In this document: piece by piece, positions 35,434-46,041 of the stretch | Layout of the letters: each line of letters begins with the position of its first letter | How positions within the stretch are numbered: the first letter of the stretch is position 1 | Virus record (IMG/VR): IMGVR_UViG_3300045988_171568 | Direction: 5' to 3' (one strand) | DNA length: 51,263 nt | From: a virus | The notes under the pieces: generated by a model | Database searches by the model: none | What the model was told of the DNA's origin: nothing | What the model saw: the letters and a program-made list of their open reading frames with translations, nothing else | Program-made: the position numbers and the translations under genes

Positions 35434-38400
35434 ACGAGGACGAGATAAAGTGGATTCTTTCTGTTGAATCCGGTCAGGCACAGCAGGAAATATACAAGCT
35501 TACCAGGGCAAACAGAGAGCTGAACCGTACCAACCAGGAACGGCGTAATGTAATGCGCTCGCTCGAAGCACAAGGCAAAAAGGATACGGAATATTACCGT
35601 AACCTGGAAAAGGAAATTAAGTCTACCAACGACGTCATAAAAAAGAACTCTACTTTAGTTGGCGAACTGGAAAAGAAACTCGATGTAACAGGTCTTACCA
35701 TGGTACAGCTTCGGAAAAAGGCTAAAGACTTGCGTGCGCAGCTCGACAATACTGCTCAGGCTGCCAATCCGGAAGAATATGCAAAGCTGGAAGCCGAACT
35801 GACCAAAGTAAATAGCCGTATGCGTGACCTGAATAATACAGGAGCTTATGCGAAAACTGAAATAACCGGTTTTGAAAAAGCTATGAGCATGGCTAAGACC
35901 GCGGCAAAAGGATTTATTGCCGTGCAGCTTGTTTCTTATCTCAAAAATATAGGAACAAATGCCTACAACACCCGCAAGGAGTTTGCCCGCTATGAAGCGA
36001 CTCTTAAGAATGTTACCGGCTCCGGCAAAGAAGCCAGCCAGATAATGCGTACATTACAGAATCTTGCCGCCGACACCCCTGCCAGTGTAGCAGAATGGAC
36101 GGAAGCATACATTAAGCTGGTAAATCGTGGAATAAAGCCTACTACATCCGAACTGACGGCATTAGGCGACATCGCTACCAGTCAGGGCAAAAGCCTTGAT
36201 CAGTTCGTAGAAGCGTTTCTTGATGCCTTGACGGGAGAAAACGAACGTTTGAAAGAATTTGGTATCACGGCCCAAAAGAACGGAGAAACTACCGCTTTCA
36301 CGTTTAAGGGAATCACTACTGAGGTCGAAAACAACGATCAGGCCATTAAAAACTACATCATTTCACTGGGACAGCTACAGGGCGTGCAGGGAAGCATGGC
36401 TACACAGATGAACGAGCTTGCCGGACTTGAATCCAATCTGGGCGATCAGATGGATAGCATCTACAATAAGATCGGTAAAAAGCTGGAGCCTATGATTAAG
36501 TCTTTCATGGGAACGCTGGGTAATTTGATGGGTACTCTTTCTTCTGCTCTCGATAGTGCTAATGACAGATACGAACAGCAGAAAGAAAAGGTTGTTACGC
36601 TTTATTCGGAATACTCTCCCCTGCTCGACCGTTACGACCAGCTGAAGGCTAAAACCAATCTGTCTAATACTGAACAACAGGAATTAAATTCTATCATAAA
36701 CAAAATTACTAATGCTATACCTGGAGTAGTTACAGAAGTCGGAAAGTATGGAGAAGCATTAGGTATATCTTCCGAAAAAGCCAGAGAGTTCATCGAAAAT
36801 CAGAAAACCTTATTAAAGTACATGAACCGTGATGCTATCTCCGAGGAAGAAAAGAAGCTGTCCGAATATAAAAAGAAATATGAAAATGCCAGACAAGCGC
36901 AACAAGCCGGAGGCGTATATGTTACTTCATCGGCAAGCATTACCGGATATTCTACTTCTTTTTTTGATAATTCTCCTCAAACTTTAAAAAGAATAGACGA
37001 AGATGTAAAAAAATATGGTGATCTGATAAAAGGTTCAGAAGCTCTTCTTGAAGAACTCCGTGGTGACAGCCTGCAAAAAGCATTAGATAACAACAACGCA
37101 AGAATTAAAATGCAGGATGAATTTAACAAGATGAACAAGCAGCAGCTTGATGCCTGGATTAATGATGAAAAAAATGCTCGATCTGAATACTTGGAAATCG
37201 CTCAGCAGATATATAACAGCCGTTTCTCCGGTACTACATCCGGCGGATCCGAAAGCGACACGCAAAAAAAAGTAAAGGAGCAGCTCGAACTTCAGACACA
37301 GCAATATCAGCAACAGCAGTTGGAACTGAAGAAAATTTATCTGGCAGGTAACGATGAAAAGCTTCAGACAGAATCTCAGTTTAATCGTGCCATGGAAGAA
37401 CTTACTTTGCAGGATTTGAATAAACGTTTGCAAATTATAGGTCTTGAAGCCGATCAGCGGCAGCAGATAGAGGATAAGATTCTCGATATCCGTATAAAAG
37501 CCATGGAAGACTTTTATGTCAAGAAGTCTGAAATAGAACAGCAGCAAGAAGAAGAACGCCAGCAAAAGAATCAGCAGGCCATGGAAGATAACGACAAGTG
37601 GATGAAGCAGCAAATGACCAACCTGCAAGCTACACACGAGGAAAGAACCAAAATTATACAGGAAAGTCTGCAAAAACAAGTTGATTCATATAAAGATTAT
37701 GGTACACAGATTGGTACATCTTTAGGGCAAGTTTTGTCAGGGCAGGAAAACATGCTTGCAGCTTTTGGAAACACCATGGTAGATATATTGTTTAACGTTC
37801 TTGAACAGATTATTAATCAAAAAATTGCAGAAGCTACCGCTGTAGCTGTAGCCGAAGAAGCTAAAGCTGCTGCAATATCAGCCGCACAGCCTGATTCTGT
37901 TGTTACTTTTGGTGCAACAGCCGGTGCTCGTACAGCTATTATCAGTGGTCTTATCATGGCTGCTCTTGCTACCGCTAAAACAGCTTTAAAAGGTCTGCTT
38001 ACCAAAGACAGTAAACAGGCTGTCACCACATCTTCCGAAGGAACAACATATTACACTCGTGTTCCTGGTAAAGAGTCTGGAGGATATATTAATGTTACAC
38101 GTTCTCAGGACGGAAAACAGTTTAATGCCGAATATTCTCCTTCACGGCGCGGATTTATCGACCGTCCTACCGTTATTGTCGGTGAAGGACCTGCCGGTAT
38201 GTCGCGCGAATGGGTAGCCAGCAATGCAGCAGTAATGAATCCTACAGTATCTCCTATTCTGAATGTTATAGATAAGGCTCAGCAGGCAGGAACCATACGT
38301 TCTCTTAATCTTAACCGTTATATTCAGGCTCGTATGCTAGGACGTGAATCCGGTGGTTCTGTCGGCACTACTGCATCTTCTGTTCCTGCTGTTGTGCCTG

Positions 38401-38546
38401 ATTACGGACTCACTAAGACAGTAGGAGAACTTAATTATATTTTGCGAGGCATAAAAGAAAAAGGTATACCGGCATATACTCTCTTGTCGGATCTGAATCG
38501 TGCTCAGGAATTGCAGAATAAATCTCGAAAAATCGGATCAAAATGA
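35418..38546 (+). CDS. Tail tape measure protein
   Basis: 1042 aa. Long coiled-coil, Q/E/K-rich sequence. Ala-rich hydrophobic segment near aa 800-860. Located at the head of the tail module. Confidence 0.8.
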   Translation: MAKRLNEDEIKWILSVESGQAQQEIYKLTRANRELNRTNQERRNVMRSLEAQGKKDTEYYRNLEKEIKSTNDVIKKNSTLVGELEKKLDVTGLTMVQLRKKAKDLRAQLDNTAQAANPEEYAKLEAELTKVNSRMRDLNNTGAYAKTEITGFEKAMSMAKTAAKGFIAVQLVSYLKNIGTNAYNTRKEFARYEATLKNVTGSGKEASQIMRTLQNLAADTPASVAEWTEAYIKLVNRGIKPTTSELTALGDIATSQGKSLDQFVEAFLDALTGENERLKEFGITAQKNGETTAFTFKGITTEVENNDQAIKNYIISLGQLQGVQGSMATQMNELAGLESNLGDQMDSIYNKIGKKLEPMIKSFMGTLGNLMGTLSSALDSANDRYEQQKEKVVTLYSEYSPLLDRYDQLKAKTNLSNTEQQELNSIINKITNAIPGVVTEVGKYGEALGISSEKAREFIENQKTLLKYMNRDAISEEEKKLSEYKKKYENARQAQQAGGVYVTSSASITGYSTSFFDNSPQTLKRIDEDVKKYGDLIKGSEALLEELRGDSLQKALDNNNARIKMQDEFNKMNKQQLDAWINDEKNARSEYLEIAQQIYNSRFSGTTSGGSESDTQKKVKEQLELQTQQYQQQQLELKKIYLAGNDEKLQTESQFNRAMEELTLQDLNKRLQIIGLEADQRQQIEDKILDIRIKAMEDFYVKKSEIEQQQEEERQQKNQQAMEDNDKWMKQQMTNLQATHEERTKIIQESLQKQVDSYKDYGTQIGTSLGQVLSGQENMLAAFGNTMVDILFNVLEQIINQKIAEATAVAVAEEAKAAAISAAQPDSVVTFGATAGARTAIISGLIMAALATAKTALKGLLTKDSKQAVTTSSEGTTYYTRVPGKESGGYINVTRSQDGKQFNAEYSPSRRGFIDRPTVIVGEGPAGMSREWVASNAAVMNPTVSPILNVIDKAQQAGTIRSLNLNRYIQARMLGRESGGSVGTTASSVPAVVPDYGLTKTVGELNYILRGIKEKGIPAYTLLSDLNRAQELQNKSRKIGSK

Positions 38547-40504
38547 AAATAACACATATCCCTTCGGGTAAGCCTTACCAGCTGGCTCCCGATACACAGC
38601 TTACAGTAGAACGTACCAATCCTTTTTTTAACGATTACGGCGAACAGACTATACCGGTCAGTTTGCCGGACAGCGAGTATAATCGTTCACTGCTGGATTA
38701 TCCAGGAAGTATACAGCGTAAAGAAAAAGTAGCAATGATAGATACTTCTATACAGGATGGAGAATACTATAATGTCTGCCGGCAAGCTATATTAAGTATT
38801 TCGCCCAAAGAAGGAATAGAAACTTCATTTTACATCAATGACGGAAGTTTTTATTCTCGTCTGGACGAAACTTATCTTACCGATATTTTTTCAGGTGAAA
38901 CTGTAGAAAATGTTTCTACGCTAGAAGAAGGTATTTCTTTCATGAAAAAGCTGTTTGAAACAGGTGGCAATAACATGTTTTCTGCCTTTCAGGTAAAAAT
39001 AGTTTCCGACTCGGCAAAAGAATCCCGATACTTAAATGGAAACGATTTCAGGACTGGAGAATTTTACAACGAAAAAGATACTTATGAAGTTGTTTCCGGA
39101 AAAAATATTCATGTTCCAAAAGGTTTTTACCTGACTCCGTTCCTGAAAGTAAACTATGTTCTTGACAGAATCTTTTCCCATTTTGGATATAAGCTTAAAG
39201 AGAATTTTTTTACACGAACTGCGCCTTTTCCTGACATGGTTCTTATTAATAATATTGCAGATGCTTTAGTCACTGGAGTTATACATATAGACCAGCTAGT
39301 GCCTAAAATTACTTGCAGCAGCTTTCTTGATGTTATCCGTAAAAAGTTTCATGCTGAGTTTGTTGTAGATGAAATCAATAAAACCGCAGACATTATTCTT
39401 TTTAACGATTTGGCTAACAGCAAACCTACTGTCTTTCTTTCCGATTCATTGGTAGATAGTATTTCTGTTAAGATACCGGAATCTTATAAATGCCTGACAC
39501 TTGAATCGGAAACAGTATTAGATTCGGAAAATTCAATAGATTCAATACCTTTGATGGTATCTAGATATCCTACCGCACAATTTGATCCTAAAACAGGAAA
39601 GTTCTACCGAACCGGCTTTGCACTGTCAAACAATCATATTCTTATGGAATACGAAGAAATACTGGCCGGACACGGGCAAAAGTATTATGAAAATGGTACA
39701 CTGGAAACTGAAGAAGTAAAAATACCCGAATGTATTCCAGGACTGGATATGTATATTGGAGATGTGCAGTTGTTAAACTCTTCGCTAATGGTTGAAGGTG
39801 CTTCGGCCGAAAATACCGATACTACTTCAGAAACGACTGATGACGTAACAATGTATACAATGCTGGCATTTGCTTATAAAGCTCCAGATTGGAAAGTCAT
39901 AGAAGGAAGTGTAACCGGATATATTTCAAATTATATTCCATTTGAAGGGCTTTTACAAGTTGATTTTTCTGAATATGCCTTAATTTACAACGGCGAAAAA
40001 GGAATATTTGAAAAGTTTTATCGTTCATACGATAACCTGCTACGTAATTCATTGCATGAAGTATCTGCTAATTTTTTGCTGACAGCCAAACAAAAACAGG
40101 ATATATCAGCAAATTCAGTGGTTGAAATTAATGGAGCCAAAATGATCTTTAATAAGCTATCCTATACTTTAGGAGATAAAAACAAGATATCCGAGTCGGA
40201 ACTTTATACGTTAAATATATATGAGCCGGCTTCGTATGCTAAGCACTTGAATGAAATGCTTAACGACATATCTTCTAATTACAGGTGGGTTCCTAAAACG
40301 CAGACTACAGAAATATCAGAAGAAGAATATAATAATTCTCCATATAAAGATGTTGTTATAGCTCCTTTCTTTCCTGACGTGCCTAAGCAAGAATATTTAG
40401 GGAAAAAATATTTTGAACGATATGAAGCTTACAGCGGTTCCAGTCCTCAGGGAGTGCCTAAATGGTTCTTTAATCATGTATGGCTGGAAGTAGAAGCCGT
40501 GTAA
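38543..40504 (+). CDS. Tail tip / distal tail protein
   Basis: 653 aa, coupled to the tape measure gene. Confidence 0.45.
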   Translation: MKITHIPSGKPYQLAPDTQLTVERTNPFFNDYGEQTIPVSLPDSEYNRSLLDYPGSIQRKEKVAMIDTSIQDGEYYNVCRQAILSISPKEGIETSFYINDGSFYSRLDETYLTDIFSGETVENVSTLEEGISFMKKLFETGGNNMFSAFQVKIVSDSAKESRYLNGNDFRTGEFYNEKDTYEVVSGKNIHVPKGFYLTPFLKVNYVLDRIFSHFGYKLKENFFTRTAPFPDMVLINNIADALVTGVIHIDQLVPKITCSSFLDVIRKKFHAEFVVDEINKTADIILFNDLANSKPTVFLSDSLVDSISVKIPESYKCLTLESETVLDSENSIDSIPLMVSRYPTAQFDPKTGKFYRTGFALSNNHILMEYEEILAGHGQKYYENGTLETEEVKIPECIPGLDMYIGDVQLLNSSLMVEGASAENTDTTSETTDDVTMYTMLAFAYKAPDWKVIEGSVTGYISNYIPFEGLLQVDFSEYALIYNGEKGIFEKFYRSYDNLLRNSLHEVSANFLLTAKQKQDISANSVVEINGAKMIFNKLSYTLGDKNKISESELYTLNIYEPASYAKHLNEMLNDISSNYRWVPKTQTTEISEEEYNNSPYKDVVIAPFFPDVPKQEYLGKKYFERYEAYSGSSPQGVPKWFFNHVWLEVEAV

Positions 40505-40563
40505 CGTGTCCTTTCTGCACCGGTTTCTGTTATCTAACTTAGCGTAGAATAAAAAAATACGTT

Positions 40564-43281
40564 ATGACTTTTATACAGAAACCGGACAATCTTTGTCTTT
40601 CCCGCAATATCACAAAAGTTATTGTTTCGTCGGAAGACGTTTTTTCTTTTGAGCTGAAAAAAGGAGAAGATGTCCTATTCTCTGCATCGTATACCCCCGA
40701 CAAAAACAATCGGGCTGAAATTGATATCAGAGAAATTGTGCATACTTCTCTGTCTTTTACGCTGAAAGAACAGACTACATCTTATGTACAGAGTAACCTG
40801 GTTGCCGATTTTACCATATCGCTTAATTCTGGCGAACTGACTGCATCGTTCCGGGCTATACGCGCTGGCGTAGACCGAAGCTCTGTAGATGCTGCAATCT
40901 TTTTAAAAGCCAATTTTCTGACCTGGCAGCCTCAGGTTAAAAAGGTTACATATTCCACTCCAGAATATCTTACTTTTTATGCAGTTTCCGATTGCGTAGT
41001 ACGTCTGAAAGCTTATTTCAACGAAGGTGAAGAAACAACTTCAGAAGAAATAGAACTCTATAATGCCAGTGCAGGAAGTGCTTATACGCTTCCAATGGAA
41101 TATGCAGTTATATCCGCAAAATTTGATTCCCGATTCCCTTCATTCTACGATGTATGGGTAGAAGATACAGTTGGCGCACGTCTTACTTATGTACAGCGTT
41201 ACGTGGCAAGTGATATCTTGTCAGAACGCGAGCACTGGATCCTGTTCGAAAACTCATTGGGAGGTATAGACACTATCCGCGCATACGGACAGTGTGATTT
41301 TACCGCCGATCATACGCATAACATTGCTGTTATTGATGAAGTATCTACAGAATATTCAGTAGACACGGAACGGATCTTTGAAAAGTCAACCGGATATTTA
41401 ACTCCCCAGGAAAGAACCTGGCTGCTCGATTTTTTGCCGTCGGCACAGAAGTATATTTTTGCCGGAAATGCTTTGCGCCCTATTGTCGTGACAGAAGACA
41501 ATACTGCATATACCGAAGAAGATCTTCCTTCAGAATATACATTCTCGTATAAGTACGCAGATGCAACTCCCCTGCTGAATATTACTCGTGCTGAAGAATT
41601 ACCGGAAATTTTAGACATTAAAGTTCCCGATCTTGGTTCTTTTTCTATACCCCCTCGGCTGATTGAATTTCCTTCTCTTAATCTTTCCGAGGGGGCACTA
41701 TTCCCGGTTCAGCATCCTTTTTCTGAAAACTGGGCTGTAACTACTGCCGGTGAGTTGTATAATTACATTCTCTCTCGCATAGCCGCAAACCCCGAAAGCG
41801 GAACAGGCGGTACAGGACATACGCATGCTAACTATAGCCTGCTGTCGGCTTTGTCACTTTTTCAAAAATACTTGCTTGTAAACGGCGAAAAAATAAATGC
41901 CGGAACGGCAGATCTGGCTAATGAGCTTTCGGAAGAATTACATGCTAGATTACTTCACAAAGACAAAGAAGACGGCACTAACTTCTTATTAAAGTTTGGC
42001 GAGTTTATTGACAGCATGATTGCCGGCAAGGGTGCTGGTATATTCCCCGACGGTCGTGGACAATTCTCAAGGCTGGAGGTACGTGATGCACTTGTTGTAA
42101 TGCGGCTTATCATAAATGAGATTCAGGCGATGGCAGGTGATTTCTCTTTCAGCGATGCAGGATGTATCGAAAAGGTGGAAGACCTGGGAGACGACACTTA
42201 CAAATTGTGGATGGAGAAGCGTACAGAATATGATGTGACAAATTTTACTGAAAACGACATAATGTATTCCATCATCAATAATCTGCTGACTGGAGGCACG
42301 GATTATTACACAAGCTGGTTCCGCTGTCTGACAAAGAACGTCAACGACAACACGCTAACGGTAGTGCTCTATCCTGATTCAGAAGTGCCTGGAGGGAAAA
42401 ACTATCCTCCGGTGGCCGGATACAACGTCACTCGACGTGGTAACTCTGTATTGCCAGACGAAGGAGAAGTGAACGAGCGTGCGCAGAGCTGGCTGCTCTC
42501 CAGCCGAGAAGGGCGCATCATGTTCCTCGCCAATGTCTACAAGCCTATATTGGAAGATTACAACTACGCCATCAGTATCGGTAAATTCCCTAATATTAAA
42601 GCTTTGGATAATCTTCCGGTCACTACAGAAGACGTGGGTGTGATGGCCAAGACTATCGTCTGCGAACGGCTATATCAATATGATTATAACGGTGATGTCA
42701 TATCTAACAAGGTGGACCGCGGCGAATGGTCGCTCACAGTGGCGCAGTCAGAGCAGCCTTATCGCTTTATTCAACACGATAGACTTTATCCGGACGGACA
42801 GCACACGTTTACGGAACTGGAGCAGCACACCGTCTATCATTACGGATGCAAGTGGGGTTGCTTGGTAGACAAGACGGAAGATGAACCTGTATGGAACTCC
42901 CCCTCGTGGTCTTTACTTGAAGGCGACAAGAATTATCATCTTGACTTCGAAAGTTCGAATGGATGGCAGTTCTTCATTCAGCAGGTCAATACAGACATTA
43001 CAGCAGTAGTAAGTTATGGTAACAGAAATATAACTAACGTTCTCATGGCTACAGATGGAGTGGAGGTAGAATGGCTTCGTGACACAGGAAACATACCATC
43101 AGATAACAGTTGGAAACCTACATACGTTGACGGTCAGAAGCATGTCATACATCTATCCGTAGCCGATATGGGTAGTGGTTGGGGAAGTGAGTATCGGAAG
43201 ATAAATTTCATCTGTAGGATATTTATACCTGTAGGAGAAAATTTTGAAACAGTGGAAAACAAAATTAACATCAAAATATAG
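40564..43281 (+). CDS. Large tail tip / baseplate-hub or receptor-binding protein
   Basis: 905 aa. Contains the fibre-like motif GTGGTGHTHANYSLLSAL. Confidence 0.5.
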   Translation: MTFIQKPDNLCLSRNITKVIVSSEDVFSFELKKGEDVLFSASYTPDKNNRAEIDIREIVHTSLSFTLKEQTTSYVQSNLVADFTISLNSGELTASFRAIRAGVDRSSVDAAIFLKANFLTWQPQVKKVTYSTPEYLTFYAVSDCVVRLKAYFNEGEETTSEEIELYNASAGSAYTLPMEYAVISAKFDSRFPSFYDVWVEDTVGARLTYVQRYVASDILSEREHWILFENSLGGIDTIRAYGQCDFTADHTHNIAVIDEVSTEYSVDTERIFEKSTGYLTPQERTWLLDFLPSAQKYIFAGNALRPIVVTEDNTAYTEEDLPSEYTFSYKYADATPLLNITRAEELPEILDIKVPDLGSFSIPPRLIEFPSLNLSEGALFPVQHPFSENWAVTTAGELYNYILSRIAANPESGTGGTGHTHANYSLLSALSLFQKYLLVNGEKINAGTADLANELSEELHARLLHKDKEDGTNFLLKFGEFIDSMIAGKGAGIFPDGRGQFSRLEVRDALVVMRLIINEIQAMAGDFSFSDAGCIEKVEDLGDDTYKLWMEKRTEYDVTNFTENDIMYSIINNLLTGGTDYYTSWFRCLTKNVNDNTLTVVLYPDSEVPGGKNYPPVAGYNVTRRGNSVLPDEGEVNERAQSWLLSSREGRIMFLANVYKPILEDYNYAISIGKFPNIKALDNLPVTTEDVGVMAKTIVCERLYQYDYNGDVISNKVDRGEWSLTVAQSEQPYRFIQHDRLYPDGQHTFTELEQHTVYHYGCKWGCLVDKTEDEPVWNSPSWSLLEGDKNYHLDFESSNGWQFFIQQVNTDITAVVSYGNRNITNVLMATDGVEVEWLRDTGNIPSDNSWKPTYVDGQKHVIHLSVADMGSGWGSEYRKINFICRIFIPVGENFETVENKINIKI

Positions 43282-43284
43282 ATT

Positions 43285-43494
43285 ATGAAAGAAGTCTTTG
43301 TAAGGTATTCGATTCATGAATGTATTGGGAAAGTGGCTAATGGAACTTTATCCAGAGAAATGCATATTTCCGATATAATTGATATAGAAGAAGATAAAGT
43401 AGACGATTTGCAATACATTAAAGATAAGCTATCAGAAATGTATGGTTTTTTTACATATCAGATAGAAATTAAATATATAAAATCATGGCAATAA
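43285..43494 (+). CDS. Hypothetical small tail-module protein
   Basis: 69-aa ORF. Confidence 0.35.
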   Translation: MKEVFVRYSIHECIGKVANGTLSREMHISDIIDIEEDKVDDLQYIKDKLSEMYGFFTYQIEIKYIKSWQ

Positions 43495-44681
43495 ATACGA
43501 ATGTAAAGGACATATCAGTACATGTAGACCCGATTTCCTTCATTGCAGACATTGAGATACTGAGCGGAAATACCGCACAGACCTATAACCAGGACACTAA
43601 GGAATATGAGCCGGACCGTTCGCTTGTCCCCTGCGTGCTGATGCCTTACGTGCAGGTGTCCGACCCTGAGGGGGTGATGAACGGTAACAGGACGATTACG
43701 GGTGTGGAATGGTACGAAGGATCTCCGAAAGCGGACGGTAGCAACCGTATATCGAACAACGACAATTATGTCATATCCGACACCGGACTTCCGACCTATT
43801 CTTTGAAGGTGAAGAAAAATGTAGAGCCAAATACTCCGATGGATATCTTTGCCATCTTCACGATTACGGATACCCGTAGGAATACGGAAGTTAAAGTGGA
43901 ACGCAGCGTATCTCTATATACGGCTCTGTATGATACAAAGGTTCTTAACATGCGGTTGATGGACCAGCCCCAGGGATGGTTTATCGACCCGACAAGGGAG
44001 AAAGCAGACTCATCCGGAAGATGGATGCACACTATCACAGCACAGCTTTTTTCAGGAAAGGAAGAAGTTCCTGATGCTAATGCGGCTTACTGGTGGGAAA
44101 TAAATACCGACAATTCTACATGGAGGCAGATTACACAGGACGAACTGGACATCTTCATTTCAGGCAAGGATAGCAGCGGGAACTGGACAAAATCGCTCAC
44201 GTTCGATGCACGTTTTGTGCGTACGGCTGCATTCCGTTGCCGTGCGGCATATTATACAGGAACACGCCCTTCCGCTCCGGAGCTGGAGAACCTGCAGGTG
44301 ACATCTACTGTTAAGGTTGAAATGCCGAAGACGTTGAGAGCAAGCATACGGCAACTTTCAGGAGCAAAGATTAATGCTTCGATGAGCACGACTGTCAGGT
44401 TTGAATGTGTTCTGACTGACAACAAGCAGGTGATAACCTACAATGACAAGCTGTTTTCTATTGTCTGGAAAGCAAAATCCGGAAAAGCGGGCGTGTCTGA
44501 CAAGACAATCGGTAAAGGTAATACCATCAGCTTTACGCCTTCATCCTTGGGATTCGATAAGGCATATTCCATGGCCGTGTATGCAGAGGTAAAGATGTAT
44601 GCGGTCACGGCGTTGGTAACCAGCGGGGGTAAAGTAATGATTAATAACAACAAGGCTGTCATAGCCACAAAATTTGAATAA
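43485..44681 (+). CDS. Tail-associated protein (beta-rich, Ig-like repeats suspected)
   Basis: 398-aa ORF in the tail module. Confidence 0.4.
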   Translation: MAINTNVKDISVHVDPISFIADIEILSGNTAQTYNQDTKEYEPDRSLVPCVLMPYVQVSDPEGVMNGNRTITGVEWYEGSPKADGSNRISNNDNYVISDTGLPTYSLKVKKNVEPNTPMDIFAIFTITDTRRNTEVKVERSVSLYTALYDTKVLNMRLMDQPQGWFIDPTREKADSSGRWMHTITAQLFSGKEEVPDANAAYWWEINTDNSTWRQITQDELDIFISGKDSSGNWTKSLTFDARFVRTAAFRCRAAYYTGTRPSAPELENLQVTSTVKVEMPKTLRASIRQLSGAKINASMSTTVRFECVLTDNKQVITYNDKLFSIVWKAKSGKAGVSDKTIGKGNTISFTPSSLGFDKAYSMAVYAEVKMYAVTALVTSGGKVMINNNKAVIATKFE

Positions 44682-44964
44682 TATGGGATATCTACTTGTT
44701 AAACCTGAAGTGCTTGAATCAAAAGGAATCAAGTATTTCGAACGTATGCCGGACGGTAGGGCAATTGCCGATTTCTCCATGTTGCGGGTAATAGGTAGCG
44801 TAGGAGATGTACAGATAGTATCTTCTGCTGAGGAACTGAAGAAGATGATTGAGGATCAGAAGGCCAGCGGACAGTATGAAACTGTCGATACAGAATCCGG
44901 TACACAAGAAACGGATGGAGATAATGATGTAGTTGTGCCTGATATGGAGGAAGGAGGTGAATAA
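44674..44964 (+). CDS. Small acidic tail-module protein
   Basis: 96 aa. Its 3' end encodes MEEGGE and carries AGGAGGTGA before the next ATG. Confidence 0.4.
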   Translation: MNNMGYLLVKPEVLESKGIKYFERMPDGRAIADFSMLRVIGSVGDVQIVSSAEELKKMIEDQKASGQYETVDTESGTQETDGDNDVVVPDMEEGGE

Positions 44965-46031
44965 TGAATCTGGAAGGTGGATTTACACTAATTGGACTGA
45001 TGGATGGTACAACTATAAATGGATTCATCCGCGTAGAAGGAACCCCTCTTGTACAACGGTACAACAAGGGGACCAGTCAGTTTATCCCTGATTTTGAAGG
45101 ACTGGCCGACAACATGAAGCCGACTTTGGTAACCATTCTTCGTGATGTGGCAACTGGAGAAATCATGATTCCTCATGAAATCACGTATAAGTACAACGGG
45201 GTAACACTAACTTTCGGCTCTGACGGACTTTCTACGAACGGCGGAATGACTGGATATTTCAAAAAAATAGACAATTATTCGGCGACAATCGGCTCCCAGT
45301 CTTACCAGTTGACTGCATTGCGGGTAATGAAGAACCTTGTTCCTATATCCGGATACGACAACGACCGTATCAGTGTATCTGGTACGATAGAAGTAGGCGG
45401 ACAGAACATTTCATTCAATGAGCTGTCGAAGAATGTGGTTATACAGGAAATGACAGGCAATGCCTATGATGTGATCATATCGGATGACAAGGGCGGTGCC
45501 CTGACAGAGGCCGGTGAGTCACTGACATGTACTGCTACACTCTACAAGGACGGTGTGGAAGTTACGGATTATTCCGGTTTTACTTACCAATGGGTGAAAC
45601 TTCTCGGTACCGGTGACTCGGACTGGGGTACTTCACGTACACAGAAAGTCACTGCGGGTGACATTGATAACATATTGAAACTTCGTTGTGACATTAAGTC
45701 AGGAGGCAGTGTGATAGCCTCCGGCTTCACGCAGATAACCGACTATTCCGACCCGTACTATGTAGATTTCAATATAACGGGGATTACGGGTAATACAATT
45801 CGTTCTGGGGAGACGGCTGTAGTGAAACCCGTAGCGCGGAAACGTTCAGACGGCACAGACGGAGGCATATCAAACTGGGACTGGAACATAAGGAATAATG
45901 CCGGAAATGCATTTATTCTTTCTGACAAAGAATCCGAAACATTTAATGCTGCTACAGTAAGTATAAGCTATGCGGACATTAAGCGTGCAGGAATGGGTAT
46001 TAGTGGAAGTGTTAGTGCAATAATTGAATAA
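44964..46031 (+). CDS. Tail fibre / Ig-like domain protein
   Basis: 355 aa with a TAATG overlap. Confidence 0.4.
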   Translation: MNLEGGFTLIGLMDGTTINGFIRVEGTPLVQRYNKGTSQFIPDFEGLADNMKPTLVTILRDVATGEIMIPHEITYKYNGVTLTFGSDGLSTNGGMTGYFKKIDNYSATIGSQSYQLTALRVMKNLVPISGYDNDRISVSGTIEVGGQNISFNELSKNVVIQEMTGNAYDVIISDDKGGALTEAGESLTCTATLYKDGVEVTDYSGFTYQWVKLLGTGDSDWGTSRTQKVTAGDIDNILKLRCDIKSGGSVIASGFTQITDYSDPYYVDFNITGITGNTIRSGETAVVKPVARKRSDGTDGGISNWDWNIRNNAGNAFILSDKESETFNAATVSISYADIKRAGMGISGSVSAIIE

Positions 46032-46041
46032 AGGAGGTTAT

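Noticed and set aside
37083-37679. Long antisense ORFs inside large genes (for example 37083-37679 in the tape measure, 20123-20638 in terL, 16023-16430 in the capsid gene, 4700-5140 in the primase)
   Set aside because: They lie wholly within well-supported genes on the opposite strand, have odd composition (Leu/Phe-rich) and show no start context. They are typical shadow ORFs.
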